NCBI GenBank assembly: GCA_016124255.1
Contig: WGOB01000012.1
Coordinates: forward strand, 54,682-118,681
From: Alphaproteobacteria bacterium
Lineage (GTDB): Bacteria; Pseudomonadota; Alphaproteobacteria; Caulobacterales; Aquidulcibacteraceae
DNA: 64,000 bases
Reading direction: 5' to 3'
Positions 1-11,265 of this stretch are shown one piece after another. The notes beneath the pieces were generated by a model, which worked only from the letters and a program-made list of their open reading frames with translations, did no database searches and was not told the DNA's origin. Both the position numbers and the translations under genes were made by a program. The stretch's first letter is position 1, and the number at the start of each line of letters is the position of its first letter.

Positions 1-1313
1 TCGGTGATCTCGGAGACGAGGCGGATCGTGTAGGGGAATTGCTCAGGCGTCGGCAGCACAGCCTGCAGCGCGCGCCACGCGAGCTTGCCGTGACCGATCT
101 CGCGGCGCCCCGCCCCGCCCATGCGGCCGGTCTCGCCGACGCTGTAGGGGGGGAAATTGTAGTGCAGCATGAAGCGCTGCTTCGAAGTGCCGGAAAGCGC
201 ATCGATAAATTGCTCATCGTCGGCGGTGCCGAGCGTGGCGACAACGATCGCCTGGGTCTCGCCGCGGGTGAAGAGCGCCGAGCCGTGGGTGCGTGGCAGG
301 AAGCCGACTTCCGACACGATCGGGCGGACTTTGTCCACCGGGCGGCCGTCGATGCGGGCTTTCTCCTTGATGATCCGTGAGCGGACGATGTCGCTCTCGA
401 CGTCCTTGAACGCCTCCTTGAACTGGTTCGGATCGGCGCCGTCTGGATTGGCGTCGGATTTCACGAGGGCGGCCTTGGCCTTGTCGCGCGCTTGCCCGAC
501 GGCGGCGTAGCGCTCGTCCTTCTTGACGATCTGATAGGCGCTGCGGAGGTCGGCTTCGACGAGGCCGACGATCTTGCTCTTGAGCGGCTTCAGATCCACC
601 GGCTCGAATTCGAAGGGCTCTTTGCCGGCCTTCTCCGCCAGCTCCATGATCGCGTCGATAACCGGCTGCATGCCTTTGTGCGCGAGGCTCAGCGCCTGCA
701 GCATCTCGGCTTCGGTGAGCTCCTTCACCTCGGATTCGACCATCATCAGCGCGTCGTGGGTGCCGGCGACGACGAGGTCGAGCTTGGACTCCGCCATCTG
801 CGCGATGGTGGGGTTGAGGACGGGCTTATCGCTGATCCAGCCGACGCGCGAGCAACCGATGGGGCCGCGGAACGGCACGCCGGAGATCGTCAGCGCCGCA
901 GAGGCCGCGACCATGGCGAGGATGTCGCTCTCGTTCTCATTGTCCCACGAGAGCACGGTGATGATCACCTGCACTTCGTTCTTGAAGCCTTCGACGAAGA
1001 GCGGGCGGATCGGCCGGTCGATCAGGCGCGAGAGCAGCGTTTCGCGCTCCGTGGGGCGGCCTTCGCGCTTGAAGAAACCGCCCGGGATGCGGCCCGAGGC
1101 GAAGTACTTTTCCTGATAGTTCACCGTGAGCGGGAAGAAATCTTGGCCGGGCTTGGCTTCCTTTGCGAACACGACGGTCGCAAGAAGCGCGGTTTCGCCC
1201 CAGCTGGCGTAGACGGCGCCGTCCGCCTGGCGGGCGACCTTGCCGGTTTCGAGCGTGAGCTTGCGCCCGGCCCAATCAAGCGAAACGGAATGGGTGTTGA
1301 ACATTGCGGTCAT
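1..1313 (-). CDS. pnp: Polynucleotide phosphorylase, 5' part only (3' end lies beyond window start)
   Basis: Reverse translation from ATG at 1313 reads [38 protein letters not shown], a canonical PNPase N-terminus. A second ATG at 1304 gives MFNTH. Absent from the ORF track because it runs off the edge. Classical rpsO-pnp synteny. Confidence 0.9.
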   Translation of the reverse strand, partial: MTAMFNTHSVSLDWAGRKLTLETGKVARQADGAVYASWGETALLATVVFAKEAKPGQDFFPLTVNYQEKYFASGRIPGGFFKREGRPTERETLLSRLIDRPIRPLFVEGFKNEVQVIITVLSWDNENESDILAMVAASAALTISGVPFRGPIGCSRVGWISDKPVLNPTIAQMAESKLDLVVAGTHDALMMVESEVKELTEAEMLQALSLAHKGMQPVIDAIMELAEKAGKEPFEFEPVDLKPLKSKIVGLVEADLRSAYQIVKKDERYAAVGQARDKAKAALVKSDANPDGADPNQFKEAFKDVESDIVRSRIIKEKARIDGRPVDKVRPIVSEVGFLPRTHGSALFTRGETQAIVVATLGTADDEQFIDALSGTSKQRFMLHYNFPPYSVGETGRMGGAGRREIGHGKLAWRALQAVLPTPEQFPYTIRLVSEIT

Positions 1314-1618
1314 CTCCAGGCGAGCGGGCCCCTGCCCGTCGCCTTCAAAGCCTCTTCCGGTGAAGAGGCGCGTGCGGCTCGCGCCCCATGCGCGGCCGTG
1401 TTTGCGGGATGTCGTTTCCTTGGTTTGACATCCCGCCCCGGCGCGCAGGCTGCGCGGCGGGTAGCGGTATGGCGCTCGACTTTTTCTCCTACTCCCCGGA
1501 TTCGCCACAGGCGAAGTCCGGGGCCCACAAACTCAGTCGACTGTGGTTATGAGCTCCGGCGTGTCCGCTTGCGCGGCCATCCGGGGAAGGGTGGCGGCGG
1601 GCGCCCTTGTGTATGCGC

Positions 1619-1888
1619 TTAGCGGCGCAGGCCCAGTTTCTCGATCAAGGACTGATAACGCGCGACGTCGCGGTCCTTCAGATAGTCCAGAAGCCGACGG
1701 CGCTGAGACACCATCTTCAGCAGACCGCTGCGCGAGTGATTGTCCTTTTTGTGGGTCTTGAAGCGTTCGGTGAGGTTGGCGATCCGCTCGGAGAGGATCG
1801 CCACCTGAACTTCGGGCGAGCCGGTGTCTTGCTTGCCGGCGCCATATTCTTGGATGAGCGCGGATTTGCGCTCGGTCGAAATCGACAT
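1619..1888 (-). CDS. rpsO: 30S ribosomal protein S15
   Basis: 89-aa [19 protein letters not shown]...[26 protein letters not shown], a typical S15. Lies between truB and pnp. Confidence 0.97.
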   Translation of the reverse strand: MSISTERKSALIQEYGAGKQDTGSPEVQVAILSERIANLTERFKTHKKDNHSRSGLLKMVSQRRRLLDYLKDRDVARYQSLIEKLGLRR

Positions 1889-1899
1889 CGTGGTCTCCT

Positions 1900-2850
1900 C
1901 TAAGCGAGATGGAACACGCGGGTGGGCTGGAATTGCCCGGCCCGCACGTCGCCCAGAGCCACGGGCCGGCCATCGCAGAGCGCCAAAGCCGCGCGGGAGG
2001 CGTCTTGGCCTGCCGCTTTGCGCGGTTTGAACTTGGCGCGCAGCTGCTCCACCACGTGGGGCAACAGCACGATGGCCCGTCCTTGTCTGAGCTTGAACGC
2101 GTCCTCGCCGCTGACGGCCAGCGCCGGGATGTCGGCCAGCGCGGTCTCAACGGGTTCGAGGCGTTCGGACGCGGCGCCCTTATGGCTCAAATCCTCCAAA
2201 AGGTCGAGGGTGACGGCGCGGCCTTCCTCGAACGGGCCGACGGCCAGTCGCCGCAGGCTGGCCACGTGGCCGGCGCACCCAAGTTGATCCGAGAGGTCGC
2301 GCGCGAAGGCGCGGACGTAAAAGCCCTTGCCGCAGCGCAGCAGGAAGGTCGCTTGATCCGGTGCGGCCTCAATCAACGCCGCCTCGTGGACCGTCACGGG
2401 ACGTGCCTTCAACGTCACCTCCTCGCCCGCCCGGGCGAGATCATAGGCGCGCTCGCCATCCACCTTGATGGCGCTGAAGGCAGGCGGGATCTGTGCAATC
2501 TCGCCGACGAAAGCCGGCAGCGCAGCGACGATGGCGGCTTCTGTGGGCCGCGCATCGCTTTCGGCGATGATTACGCCTTCGCGGTCCTGGGTGGCGGTGG
2601 AGACGCCCCAGCGGATCGTGAAGCGATAGGCTTTGTCCGCCTCCATCAGGAACGGGATGGTCTTGGTGGCCTCGCCAAGGGCGATCGGCAGCACGCCGGA
2701 CGCCAGCGGATCGAGCGTGCCGGCATGGCCGGCCTTATTGGCGTTGAAGATGCGGCGCACGCGCGCGACGGCGTCGGTGGAGGTGAGATTGTCGGGCTTG
2801 TCGAGCACGATCCAGCCGTCGACATCCACCCCCTTCTTGCGGCGCCCCAT
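1900..2850 (-). CDS. truB: tRNA pseudouridine(55) synthase
   Basis: 316-aa ORF with the [10 protein letters not shown] and [22 protein letters not shown] catalytic-Asp motif. rbfA-truB-rpsO synteny. Confidence 0.95.
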   Translation of the reverse strand: MGRRKKGVDVDGWIVLDKPDNLTSTDAVARVRRIFNANKAGHAGTLDPLASGVLPIALGEATKTIPFLMEADKAYRFTIRWGVSTATQDREGVIIAESDARPTEAAIVAALPAFVGEIAQIPPAFSAIKVDGERAYDLARAGEEVTLKARPVTVHEAALIEAAPDQATFLLRCGKGFYVRAFARDLSDQLGCAGHVASLRRLAVGPFEEGRAVTLDLLEDLSHKGAASERLEPVETALADIPALAVSGEDAFKLRQGRAIVLLPHVVEQLRAKFKPRKAAGQDASRAALALCDGRPVALGDVRAGQFQPTRVFHLA

Positions 2851-3266
2851 CAGGAATCCTCGCCCAATTTGTCGAGGTCGCGGGCGACTTCGGGGCGGCG
2901 AAGGACTTCGTCGATGTGGCTGGCCTCGTCGTATGAAACGTCGGCGACGAAGTGCAATTCGGGCGTGAACTTGAGATCAACGCTGCGCGCGAGACGACTG
3001 CGCAGGAAGCCGGACACGCGCGTGAGCGCGGCGGCGATCTTCTTGGGATCGTGTTCGCCGAGCGCGGCGACGAAGGCCGTCATGTGCTTGAGATCGGGCG
3101 AGGCGCGCACTTCGCCGACCGTCACGGACACGCCCTTGAGATCAGGGTCGCGCAGATCCTCACGCGCCAGGACCTCAACCAGCGCATGACGCACAAGCTC
3201 GCCGGCGCGCAATTGACGCTGGCTCGGCCCTGCGGCCTGTGAACGAGAAGAACGACGACGACTCAC
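2850..3266 (-). CDS. rbfA: Ribosome-binding factor A
   Basis: The C-terminal part of ORF 2850..3467 ([18 protein letters not shown]...[19 protein letters not shown]...LKFTPELHF) is RbfA-like. Start trimmed to GTG at 3266, because the longer ORF overlaps the lipoprotein gene ending at 3302. Its stop overlaps the truB start by 1 nt. Confidence 0.85.
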   Translation of the reverse strand: MSRRRSSRSQAAGPSQRQLRAGELVRHALVEVLAREDLRDPDLKGVSVTVGEVRASPDLKHMTAFVAALGEHDPKKIAAALTRVSGFLRSRLARSVDLKFTPELHFVADVSYDEASHIDEVLRRPEVARDLDKLGEDS

Positions 3267-3301
3267 GATGGTCTCTGATTCTACAGAATCGCGCAGCGCG
3301 A

Positions 3302-3937
3302 TCAGCCCGGCTGCTTGAATGCGAAAAGCCCGCAGATTTCGGGATCGCCGCCGCGCTCGCCGGGCGGGCGGCGGCCCTTGAACGCGGCGATGCGCAGCGC
3401 CCAATCGCCCTCTTCGTCCACGAATTCTGCGGCGGCGATCGCCGTGGTGCGCGCATCGCGACCGCAAAGGCCGCCGGCGGGCGCGCTTGCGGCGGTGCGC
3501 TCATCGATCACGCGATAGACCCGGGCGCGAACCTCGGGCGGGACGCCCAACACGGCGCGGAAGGTGGCGTCGGCCGCCCCGACGCGGGTGTTGGCCTCAT
3601 GCACCGCGAGCTCTTCTGCGCGCACCGTGACGCCGCTGGCGAAGGCGAGCGCGAGCGGGCCGCCGCGCCCCTCCTCCAGGCTGACAGTGAGATTGCCGGT
3701 GACGTCGCGGGCGCCGGCGTTCGCCGTCTCCCAGCGGGAGCGCGCCCAGCCCGGCTCCTCCTGCGGCACCGGCTCGACGTCCAGATCCACTTCGGTGACC
3801 GTGGCGGAGCGCCGGTCGGTTTCGCCGTTGCGCGCGCCGGAGCGGTCGGTGCAGGCGGCCGCAGCGAGCGCAGCGATCAGAAGCGCGGCGCAAACCCTAG
3901 AGCGAGCGCTGGACCACTTCGACATTGAAGCACTCAA
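3302..3937 (-). CDS. Hypothetical lipoprotein (signal peptide plus lipobox-like LAAAAC)
   Basis: 211-aa ORF with N-terminus [31 protein letters not shown]. No recognisable family. Its 5' end overlaps the 3' end of infB (stop at 3897). Confidence 0.55.
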   Translation of the reverse strand: MSASMSKWSSARSRVCAALLIAALAAAACTDRSGARNGETDRRSATVTEVDLDVEPVPQEEPGWARSRWETANAGARDVTGNLTVSLEEGRGGPLALAFASGVTVRAEELAVHEANTRVGAADATFRAVLGVPPEVRARVYRVIDERTAASAPAGGLCGRDARTTAIAAAEFVDEEGDWALRIAAFKGRRPPGERGGDPEICGLFAFKQPG

Positions 3938-6542
3938 TGATGTCGCCCTGCTTGATATCCTGGAACGGGCCGAAGCTCATGCCGCATTCTTGGCCGGCCG
4001 TGACCTCGTTCACCTCATCCTTGAAGCGTTTGAGCGTGCTCAGAACGCCCATCTCCTGGATCACCACGTTGTCGCGGATGACGCGCACTTTGGCGCCCTT
4101 GCGCACAACGCCCTCGGTGACCCGGCACCCGGCCACTTTGCCGACCTTGGAGATGTTGAACACCTCCAGGATCTCGGCGTTGCCGAGGAAGGTCTCGCGC
4201 ATGGTCGGCGCGAGCATGCCTGACATCACGCCCTTCATGTCGTCGATCAGGTCGTAGATGATCGCGTAATAGCGGATCTCCACGCCTTCACGCTCGGCGA
4301 GGTCGCGCGCTTCCTTCGAGGCGCGGACGTTGAAGCCGATTACCGGCGAGTTCGATGCCTTGGCGAGCTGGATATCGGATTCATTGATGGCGCCGACGCC
4401 GGAATGGACGATGCGCGCGCGCACTTCCTCATTGCCCAGCTTCTCTAGCGCGTTGGAGATCGCCTCCGCCGAGCCTTGCACGTCCGCCTTAATCAGCACG
4501 GCGAGCTCGGAGATGTCGTTCTCCTTGATCCGCGCCATCATGGTTTCGAGCGTCGTGCGGCTTCCCGGGCCCGCGGCCGCCTTCTGACGCTTGGCGCGCT
4601 GGCGGTAATCGGCGACCTCGCGGGCGCGGTTTTCGCTTTCGACGACGTTCAGCACGTCGCCGGGATCGGGCACGCCTTCGAGCCCCATGATCTCCACGGG
4701 CTGCGAGGGGCCGGCCTCCTTCAATTGAGCGCCGCGTTCGTCCATCAACGCGCGCACCCTGCCCCACACGCCGCCGACGACGACAATGTCGCCGCGATTG
4801 AGCGTGCCGCGCTTCACCAGCACCGTCGCCACCGCGCCGCGGCCGCGATCGAGCTTTGATTCAATGACAACCGCTTCGGCGAGGCGATCGGCGTTGGCGC
4901 GCAGATCGAGCACTTCGGCCTGCAGCAGGATCGTCTCCACCAGCTTTTCCAGCCCGCGCTTCTCGGTGGCCGACACCTCGACGTGCAGCGTGTCGCCGCC
5001 GAAATTCTCGGTGATCACTTCATGCTGCAGCAATTCCTGCAGCACACGCTCGGGGTTGGCCTCGGGCTTATCGATCTTGTTGACGGCGACGATGATCGGG
5101 ACGCCGGCAGCCCTTGCGTGGCTGATCGCCTCGACGGTCTGGGGCATCACGCCGTCATCGGCCGCAACAACGAGAATGACGACGTCGGTGATCTGGGCGC
5201 CGCGCGCACGCATCGAGGAGAACGCGGCGTGGCCGGGCGTATCGAGGAAGGTGACGCGCTGGCCGTCCGGCAGGCGCACCTGATAATCGCCGATGTGCTG
5301 GGTGATGCCGCCGGCTTCGCCGGCTGCGACGTCGGTCTGGCGCAGTGCATCCAGCAGGGATGTCTTGCCGTGATCGACGTGGCCCATGACCGCGACGACG
5401 GGCGGTCGCGCGGTGAGATTGTCGGGCGCGTCCTCTTCGCCGGCGAGGCCGGTTTCGATGTCGGATTCCGCGACGCGCTTCACGGCGTGGCCGTAATCGG
5501 TGGCGATCAGTTCGGCGGTGTCGGCGTCGAGCACATCGGTGAGCTTCACCATCTGGCCCTGGCGCATCATGAACTTGATGATGTCGGCCGCACGAGTGGC
5601 CATACGGTTCGCCAGTTCCTGAACCGTGATCGTCTCCGGGATCACGACTTCGCGCTTGACGGATTCGCGTTCGCCGCCGCCGAACATTTTGGCGCGGCGC
5701 TCCTTCTCCTTCTGCTGGGCGCGCCGATAGGCGGCGAGGGAGCGGACGCGATCGTCGTCGCCCTCGGTGATCCGCTCGACCATGTCCAGCGTCAGCTTGC
5801 CTTCGCGGCGTTTTGGTTCGCCCTTCTTGGTCGGCTTGACCGGCGCGGGCGCCAGCGGCTTGCGCGCCGATTTCACCCGGCCGCCCAGCTCGGAGAGGAT
5901 ATCGCCGCCGCCGCCTGCGGCGGGGCGCTGCTCGGCGGGGGCGGCGTTGTCGCGGGCGGCGAGATTGGCGGCGGAGCGCGCAGCCAGCGCATCGCGGGCG
6001 GCGACAGCTGCGGCAGCGCGCTCCTCTTCTTCCTGTTCGGCGCGCCGGCGTGCTTCGGCCTCGGCGGCGATCGCCTCCTCTTGTTCGTGGCGGCGGCGCT
6101 GGGCGTCTTCCAAGGCGCGGCGCTGGGATTCTTCCTCGGCCGTGCGCGCGGCGCGCTCCTGACGGTCGCCCACGGCGCGGCGGACGGCTTCGGCGCGGCG
6201 GCGCGCCTCCTCATCGGAAATCTGGCCGCGAGGATCGGCTGGGGCGGGACGCTCCGCTTCCGGGGCGGGCGGGGGCGCGGACCGGCGGGCGCCGCCGGCG
6301 AGATCGGCGGGCACGCCGGGGCCCGGTGCGGCGGGCTTGCCCGGCTCCGGCTTGGCTGGCGCGGCGCCCGGCGTCCGCAGGGCGCGCTTCTCCTTCACCT
6401 CAACCGCGACCGCCTTGGTGCGGCCGTGAGAAAAGCTCTGCCGCACCGTCCCGGTCTGGTGGGTGCGGGTCAGCGTCAGAGGCTTGCGCCCGGAGGCCGG
6501 CTTTTCCTGTTCAGTCCCGTCGCTCAAAAAAGCATCCTTCAA
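3897..6542 (-). CDS. infB: Translation initiation factor IF-2
   Basis: 881-aa ORF with the GTPase domain [29 protein letters not shown] and an Ala/Glu/Arg-rich N-terminal region. The start is TTG at 6542. A second in-frame TTG at 6527 (giving [19 protein letters not shown]) follows an AGGA motif and may be the true start. Confidence 0.97.
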   Translation of the reverse strand: MKDAFLSDGTEQEKPASGRKPLTLTRTHQTGTVRQSFSHGRTKAVAVEVKEKRALRTPGAAPAKPEPGKPAAPGPGVPADLAGGARRSAPPPAPEAERPAPADPRGQISDEEARRRAEAVRRAVGDRQERAARTAEEESQRRALEDAQRRRHEQEEAIAAEAEARRRAEQEEEERAAAAVAARDALAARSAANLAARDNAAPAEQRPAAGGGGDILSELGGRVKSARKPLAPAPVKPTKKGEPKRREGKLTLDMVERITEGDDDRVRSLAAYRRAQQKEKERRAKMFGGGERESVKREVVIPETITVQELANRMATRAADIIKFMMRQGQMVKLTDVLDADTAELIATDYGHAVKRVAESDIETGLAGEEDAPDNLTARPPVVAVMGHVDHGKTSLLDALRQTDVAAGEAGGITQHIGDYQVRLPDGQRVTFLDTPGHAAFSSMRARGAQITDVVILVVAADDGVMPQTVEAISHARAAGVPIIVAVNKIDKPEANPERVLQELLQHEVITENFGGDTLHVEVSATEKRGLEKLVETILLQAEVLDLRANADRLAEAVVIESKLDRGRGAVATVLVKRGTLNRGDIVVVGGVWGRVRALMDERGAQLKEAGPSQPVEIMGLEGVPDPGDVLNVVESENRAREVADYRQRAKRQKAAAGPGSRTTLETMMARIKENDISELAVLIKADVQGSAEAISNALEKLGNEEVRARIVHSGVGAINESDIQLAKASNSPVIGFNVRASKEARDLAEREGVEIRYYAIIYDLIDDMKGVMSGMLAPTMRETFLGNAEILEVFNISKVGKVAGCRVTEGVVRKGAKVRVIRDNVVIQEMGVLSTLKRFKDEVNEVTAGQECGMSFGPFQDIKQGDIIECFNVEVVQRSL

Positions 6543-6586
6543 TCACGCGTCTGTCACGTTCGAGTGCGCAACGGCTTGCGCCGCGC

Positions 6587-7282
6587 TCATTCACTGTCCT
6601 CGCGCCCCCTGTCCTCGCGCCCGCCCTCCCCGTCGCCAGACGCGGGGGCGGCGCGATCCACATCCTGGCCCGCGTCGGGGCGGCCCCCCTGGGAGGAGCG
6701 CCATGAATCGGGCCAAGAGGCGGGAACGATGGCGCGAAATCCGGAGAGGCGGCCCGTCTCGGCCGCCCAGCGCTGCGCCATACGCTCATCGAGCACGACG
6801 GCATGTACCACATGATCGCGGCCGAGCGCCACGCCCATTTCCGACGCGGTGAACGCAGCAGAGAGATGGGGAAGCGCGCCCCATAGACCAAGCGCCAGCT
6901 TGAAAAGCTTTTCGCGACCGTCTTCTGCGCCATCCGACGCCTCGATCATCGCATGGGGGCGCGCGCGCCGAATCGCCGCCTCCACCTGATCGAATCCGGT
7001 CGTGATCGCGCCGGCGCGCCGCATCAGGCCCAGCAGATCGAGACAGCGGCGCGCCAGCAGCGATTCGATCTGGTCCGCGAGCCCGGGCGCGACCTGCACG
7101 GGCTGCTTCAGGGAGCGGGCAAAACCGCCTCGCTTGATCGCGCGTGTCACGGCGTCGCGGGAGGCGCATACCCACACGCCCCGGCCCGGAAGCTTGGCGG
7201 CGACGTCCGGGACGATGCGGTCTTCGGGGCCGAGCACAAAGCGCACTAGGCGATCTTCGGGAAACACCTCGCCGGTCGCCAC
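6587..7282 (-). CDS. YlxR/DUF448-type RNA-binding protein fused to an L7Ae-like region (start codon unresolved)
   Basis: ATGEVFPEDRLVRFVLGPEDRIVPDVAAKLPGRGVWV matches the DUF448 core. Lies immediately upstream of infB, as usual. The conserved RRC motif is in frame upstream of the GTG listed in the track (see finding). Confidence 0.8.
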   Translation of the reverse strand: MATGEVFPEDRLVRFVLGPEDRIVPDVAAKLPGRGVWVCASRDAVTRAIKRGGFARSLKQPVQVAPGLADQIESLLARRCLDLLGLMRRAGAITTGFDQVEAAIRRARPHAMIEASDGAEDGREKLFKLALGLWGALPHLSAAFTASEMGVALGRDHVVHAVVLDERMAQRWAAETGRLSGFRAIVPASWPDSWRSSQGGRPDAGQDVDRAAPASGDGEGGREDRGREDSE

Positions 7283-7375
7283 ACAGCGGCGCTCGCGGCT
7301 CGCCTTTGCGGCGTCTTCATCGTCCGCGCTTGATTTCGCTCGGTGCTTGGCGCCGCGGGTGATGGCGATCCCCCA

Positions 7376-8506
<1,131 letters not shown>

Positions 8507-10138
8507 TTAACCTTCGCTTGTCGCTTCCTCGACGATTTCTTCTTCGACCGTCTCTTCGGGCGGCGCCTCGATCCAGCCGGCGGCGATGCGGGCCTTGAGG
8601 ATGAGATCATCGGCCTGTTCCTGGGTGAGGCCGAAGCTGTCCAGCACGCCGGGTTCGCGGACGCGCTCCCCGTTCTTGGTCTCGAACCAGCCGCGGACGT
8701 CGTCGGCGGTGAGGCCGGCGAAATCCTCAAGCGTCTTCACGCCGGCTTCGCCGAGCGCGACGGCCATCGGCAGCGTGATCCCCTCCACCTGAAGGAGGTC
8801 ATCTTCAACGCCGAGATCCTTGCGCTTTGCGTCCTGTTCGGCGGCGAGCTTTTCCAGATATTCGACGGCGCGGGCCTGGAGTTCTTCGGCGATCTCTTCG
8901 TTCAGGCCCTCGATGAAGGCGAGTTCGTTGAGATCGACATAGGCGATCTCCTCGACGGTTTCGAAGCCTTCGGAAGCCAAGAGCTGCGCGAAGGTCTCGT
9001 CGACTTCGAGCGCGGTGATGAAGAGCTGCGAGCGTTCGGCGAATTCCTTCTGCCGGCGCGCGGATTCCTCATCCTCGGTCATGATGTCGATCGACCAGCC
9101 GGTGAGCTGAGAGGCCAAGCGCACGTTCTGGCCGCGGCGCCCGATCGCCAGCGAGAGCTGCGGTTCGGCGACAACGACTTCGACGCGGCGGTCTTCGGGA
9201 TCGAGCACGACCTTGGTGACTTCCGCCGGCTGCAGCGCATTGACGATGAAGGTCGCGGGATCGTTCGACCACGGGATGATGTCGATCTTCTCGCCCTGCA
9301 ATTCGCCAACGACCGCCTGCACGCGGGCGCCGCGCATGCCGACGCAGGCGCCGACGGGATCGATCGAGCTGTCATGGGAGAGCACGGCGATCTTGGCGCG
9401 CGAGCCTGGATCGCGGGCGGCGGCCTTGATCTCGATCACGCCTTCATAGACTTCCGGCACTTCCTGGGCGAAGAGCCGCGCCATGAATTCCGGCTTGGCG
9501 CGGGAGAGGAAGATCTGCGGCCCTTTGGTTTCGCGGCGCACGTCGAAGACGTAGGCGCGGACGCGGTCCCCCTGGTGCAGGTTCTCGCGCGGAATGCTTT
9601 CGTTGCGGCGGATGACGCCTTCGGCTCGGCCGAGATCGACGACGATGTTGCCGTATTCGACGCGCTTGACGATGCCGTTCACGATCTCGCCGGCGCGGTC
9701 CTTGTATTCCTCGAACTGGCGTTCGCGCTCTGCTTCGCGGACTTCGTGGTTGATGACCTGCTTGGCGGTCTGCGCGGCGACGCGGCCGAAATCCATCGGC
9801 GGCAGCGTCTCTTCGTAGGTCTTGCCGGCGTGCGCCTCGGGGTCGCTCTTCAGCGCCTCGTCCAGCATGATGTCCGTGGACGGATTAAAGGGCCGGGTTT
9901 CGTCGTCGAGCATGGAATCCTCGACGACCGTCATCACGCGGATCAGCGTCATCTCGCCGGTCTTGGCGTCGATCTTGGCGCGGATGTCGTGCTCGGCGCC
10001 GTAGCGCGAGCGCGCGGCCTTCTGCAGCGCATGCTCCATCGCCGCGATGACGATGTCTTTCTCGATCGATTTCTCGCGCGCGACCGCGTCGGCGATCTGC
10101 ATGATCTCCAGACGGTTCGCCGAAATGCCGGTGCTCAT
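8507..10138 (-). CDS. nusA: Transcription termination/antitermination factor NusA
   Basis: 543-aa ORF with S1 and KH regions (GEIVNGIVKRVEYGNIVVDLG, AARDPGSRAKIAV, IGRRGQNVRLASQLTGW) and a C-terminal acidic repeat domain. ATGA overlap with rimP. Confidence 0.96.
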   Translation of the reverse strand: MSTGISANRLEIMQIADAVAREKSIEKDIVIAAMEHALQKAARSRYGAEHDIRAKIDAKTGEMTLIRVMTVVEDSMLDDETRPFNPSTDIMLDEALKSDPEAHAGKTYEETLPPMDFGRVAAQTAKQVINHEVREAERERQFEEYKDRAGEIVNGIVKRVEYGNIVVDLGRAEGVIRRNESIPRENLHQGDRVRAYVFDVRRETKGPQIFLSRAKPEFMARLFAQEVPEVYEGVIEIKAAARDPGSRAKIAVLSHDSSIDPVGACVGMRGARVQAVVGELQGEKIDIIPWSNDPATFIVNALQPAEVTKVVLDPEDRRVEVVVAEPQLSLAIGRRGQNVRLASQLTGWSIDIMTEDEESARRQKEFAERSQLFITALEVDETFAQLLASEGFETVEEIAYVDLNELAFIEGLNEEIAEELQARAVEYLEKLAAEQDAKRKDLGVEDDLLQVEGITLPMAVALGEAGVKTLEDFAGLTADDVRGWFETKNGERVREPGVLDSFGLTQEQADDLILKARIAAGWIEAPPEETVEEEIVEEATSEG

Positions 10139-10698
10139 GGCTCTTTCCTCTTTGCGTTGTCTTCTGCTTCCAGCGCTTTTGCGCGCTTCAAATCTTCTTC
10201 GATCAGCCTGTCGGTCAGGACGAGCTTGGCGTCGACGAGCCAGGAGAACGGGATCGCCGCCTCCCCTTCCGCCGCCGCGATCTTCACGCGCTCGCCATCG
10301 ACGCCGGACAGTACGCCCTTGAAGCGCTTGCGGCCTTCGATCATCTGCGCGGTTTCGAGCTTGGCTTCGTACCCTTCGAAGCGCGCGAAATCCTCCAGGC
10401 GCACGAGCGGGCGATCGATGCCGGGCGAGGAAACTTCGAGATCGTAGTGGGCGTCGATCGGATCGGCGGCGTCAAGAATGGGCGAGATGGCGCGGGAGAG
10501 CTTTTCGCAATCCTCGAGCAGCATTACCCCATCGTCGCGCTCGGCCATGATCTGCAGCCGCTTGCGGCGAAGACCTGAAAGACGCACGCGAACCAGGCGG
10601 TAGCCAAGCTCGGCCGCCGCCGGCTCGATTGCGGCGATCACTTTCTCTTCGACGTGGTTCGAAGCCCGCATGATTTCCGTTTGGCTTCGATCCGACAT
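10135..10698 (-). CDS. rimP: Ribosome maturation factor RimP
   Basis: 187-aa ORF with LEVSSPGIDRPL and the position upstream of nusA. An alternative start at M10 (10671) is possible. Confidence 0.88.
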   Translation of the reverse strand: MSDRSQTEIMRASNHVEEKVIAAIEPAAAELGYRLVRVRLSGLRRKRLQIMAERDDGVMLLEDCEKLSRAISPILDAADPIDAHYDLEVSSPGIDRPLVRLEDFARFEGYEAKLETAQMIEGRKRFKGVLSGVDGERVKIAAAEGEAAIPFSWLVDAKLVLTDRLIEEDLKRAKALEAEDNAKRKEP

Positions 10699-10725
10699 GC
10701 GGATCGAAGGGCGACCCTGATAATG

Positions 10726-10756
10726 AAAAAGCGGCGGCCCCTCCCGGGACCGCCGC
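10726..10756 (-). terminator. Intrinsic terminator / leader attenuator upstream of rimP
   Basis: The minus strand reads GCGGCGGUCCC-GGGA-GGGGCCGCCGC followed by UUUUU. It lies only about 30 nt upstream of the rimP start. Confidence 0.7.
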
Positions 10757-10795
10757 CGATGCTCTCATCGAGAGCGTCAGCGATGATGTGACCTC

Positions 10796-10823
10796 AATAT
10801 AGCGCGCAATTGCGCCGGCGCAA
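10796..10823 (-). promoter_or_regulatory. Putative sigma70-type promoter of the rimP-nusA-infB operon
   Basis: The minus strand reads TTGCGC-N16-TATATT, about 40 nt upstream of the leader hairpin. Confidence 0.4.
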
Positions 10824-10846
10824 TCGGCGATCGCGCCGACGCGATA

Positions 10847-11197
10847 TCAGAACGCGGAGTCGGCGACCCGGCCGCGCAGCACGTCGCAATTCATGCGGCT
10901 CTCCGCCAGCAGCAATTGCGCGCGGCGGACTTCGGCGGAGGCGCGCGCGGCGTCGCGTTCGCGCAGGTTGCCGACGCTGCGGTCGGCGGCGGCAGGCACC
11001 AGGCTCACCGGCGCGGATGCGTTGACCTCGAACAGGAAGCCCTCGACGCGATGAAGCTCGGCGGCGACGTCGGCGCAGGTGAGCGCCTCAGCCTCGGCCT
11101 CAGTCAGCGGTTGGAGACGACCATAGTGCTGCGACGAGGCGCAAGCGGAGAGAGCGACGGCCACGGCGACGGCCAGGCAAGCAATGCGGCGGTTCAC
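10847..11197 (-). CDS. Hypothetical lipoprotein
   Basis: 116-aa ORF MNRRIACLAVAVAVALSACASS, with a signal peptide and the lipobox LSAC. Confidence 0.6.
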   Translation of the reverse strand: MNRRIACLAVAVAVALSACASSQHYGRLQPLTEAEAEALTCADVAAELHRVEGFLFEVNASAPVSLVPAAADRSVGNLRERDAARASAEVRRAQLLLAESRMNCDVLRGRVADSAF

Positions 11198-11265
11198 GAG
11201 ACACCCCTATGGTTAGCGCGGCTTTCACCAAGACTTCGCGCCAGCCTCTTCTTTATTTGGGCGTC

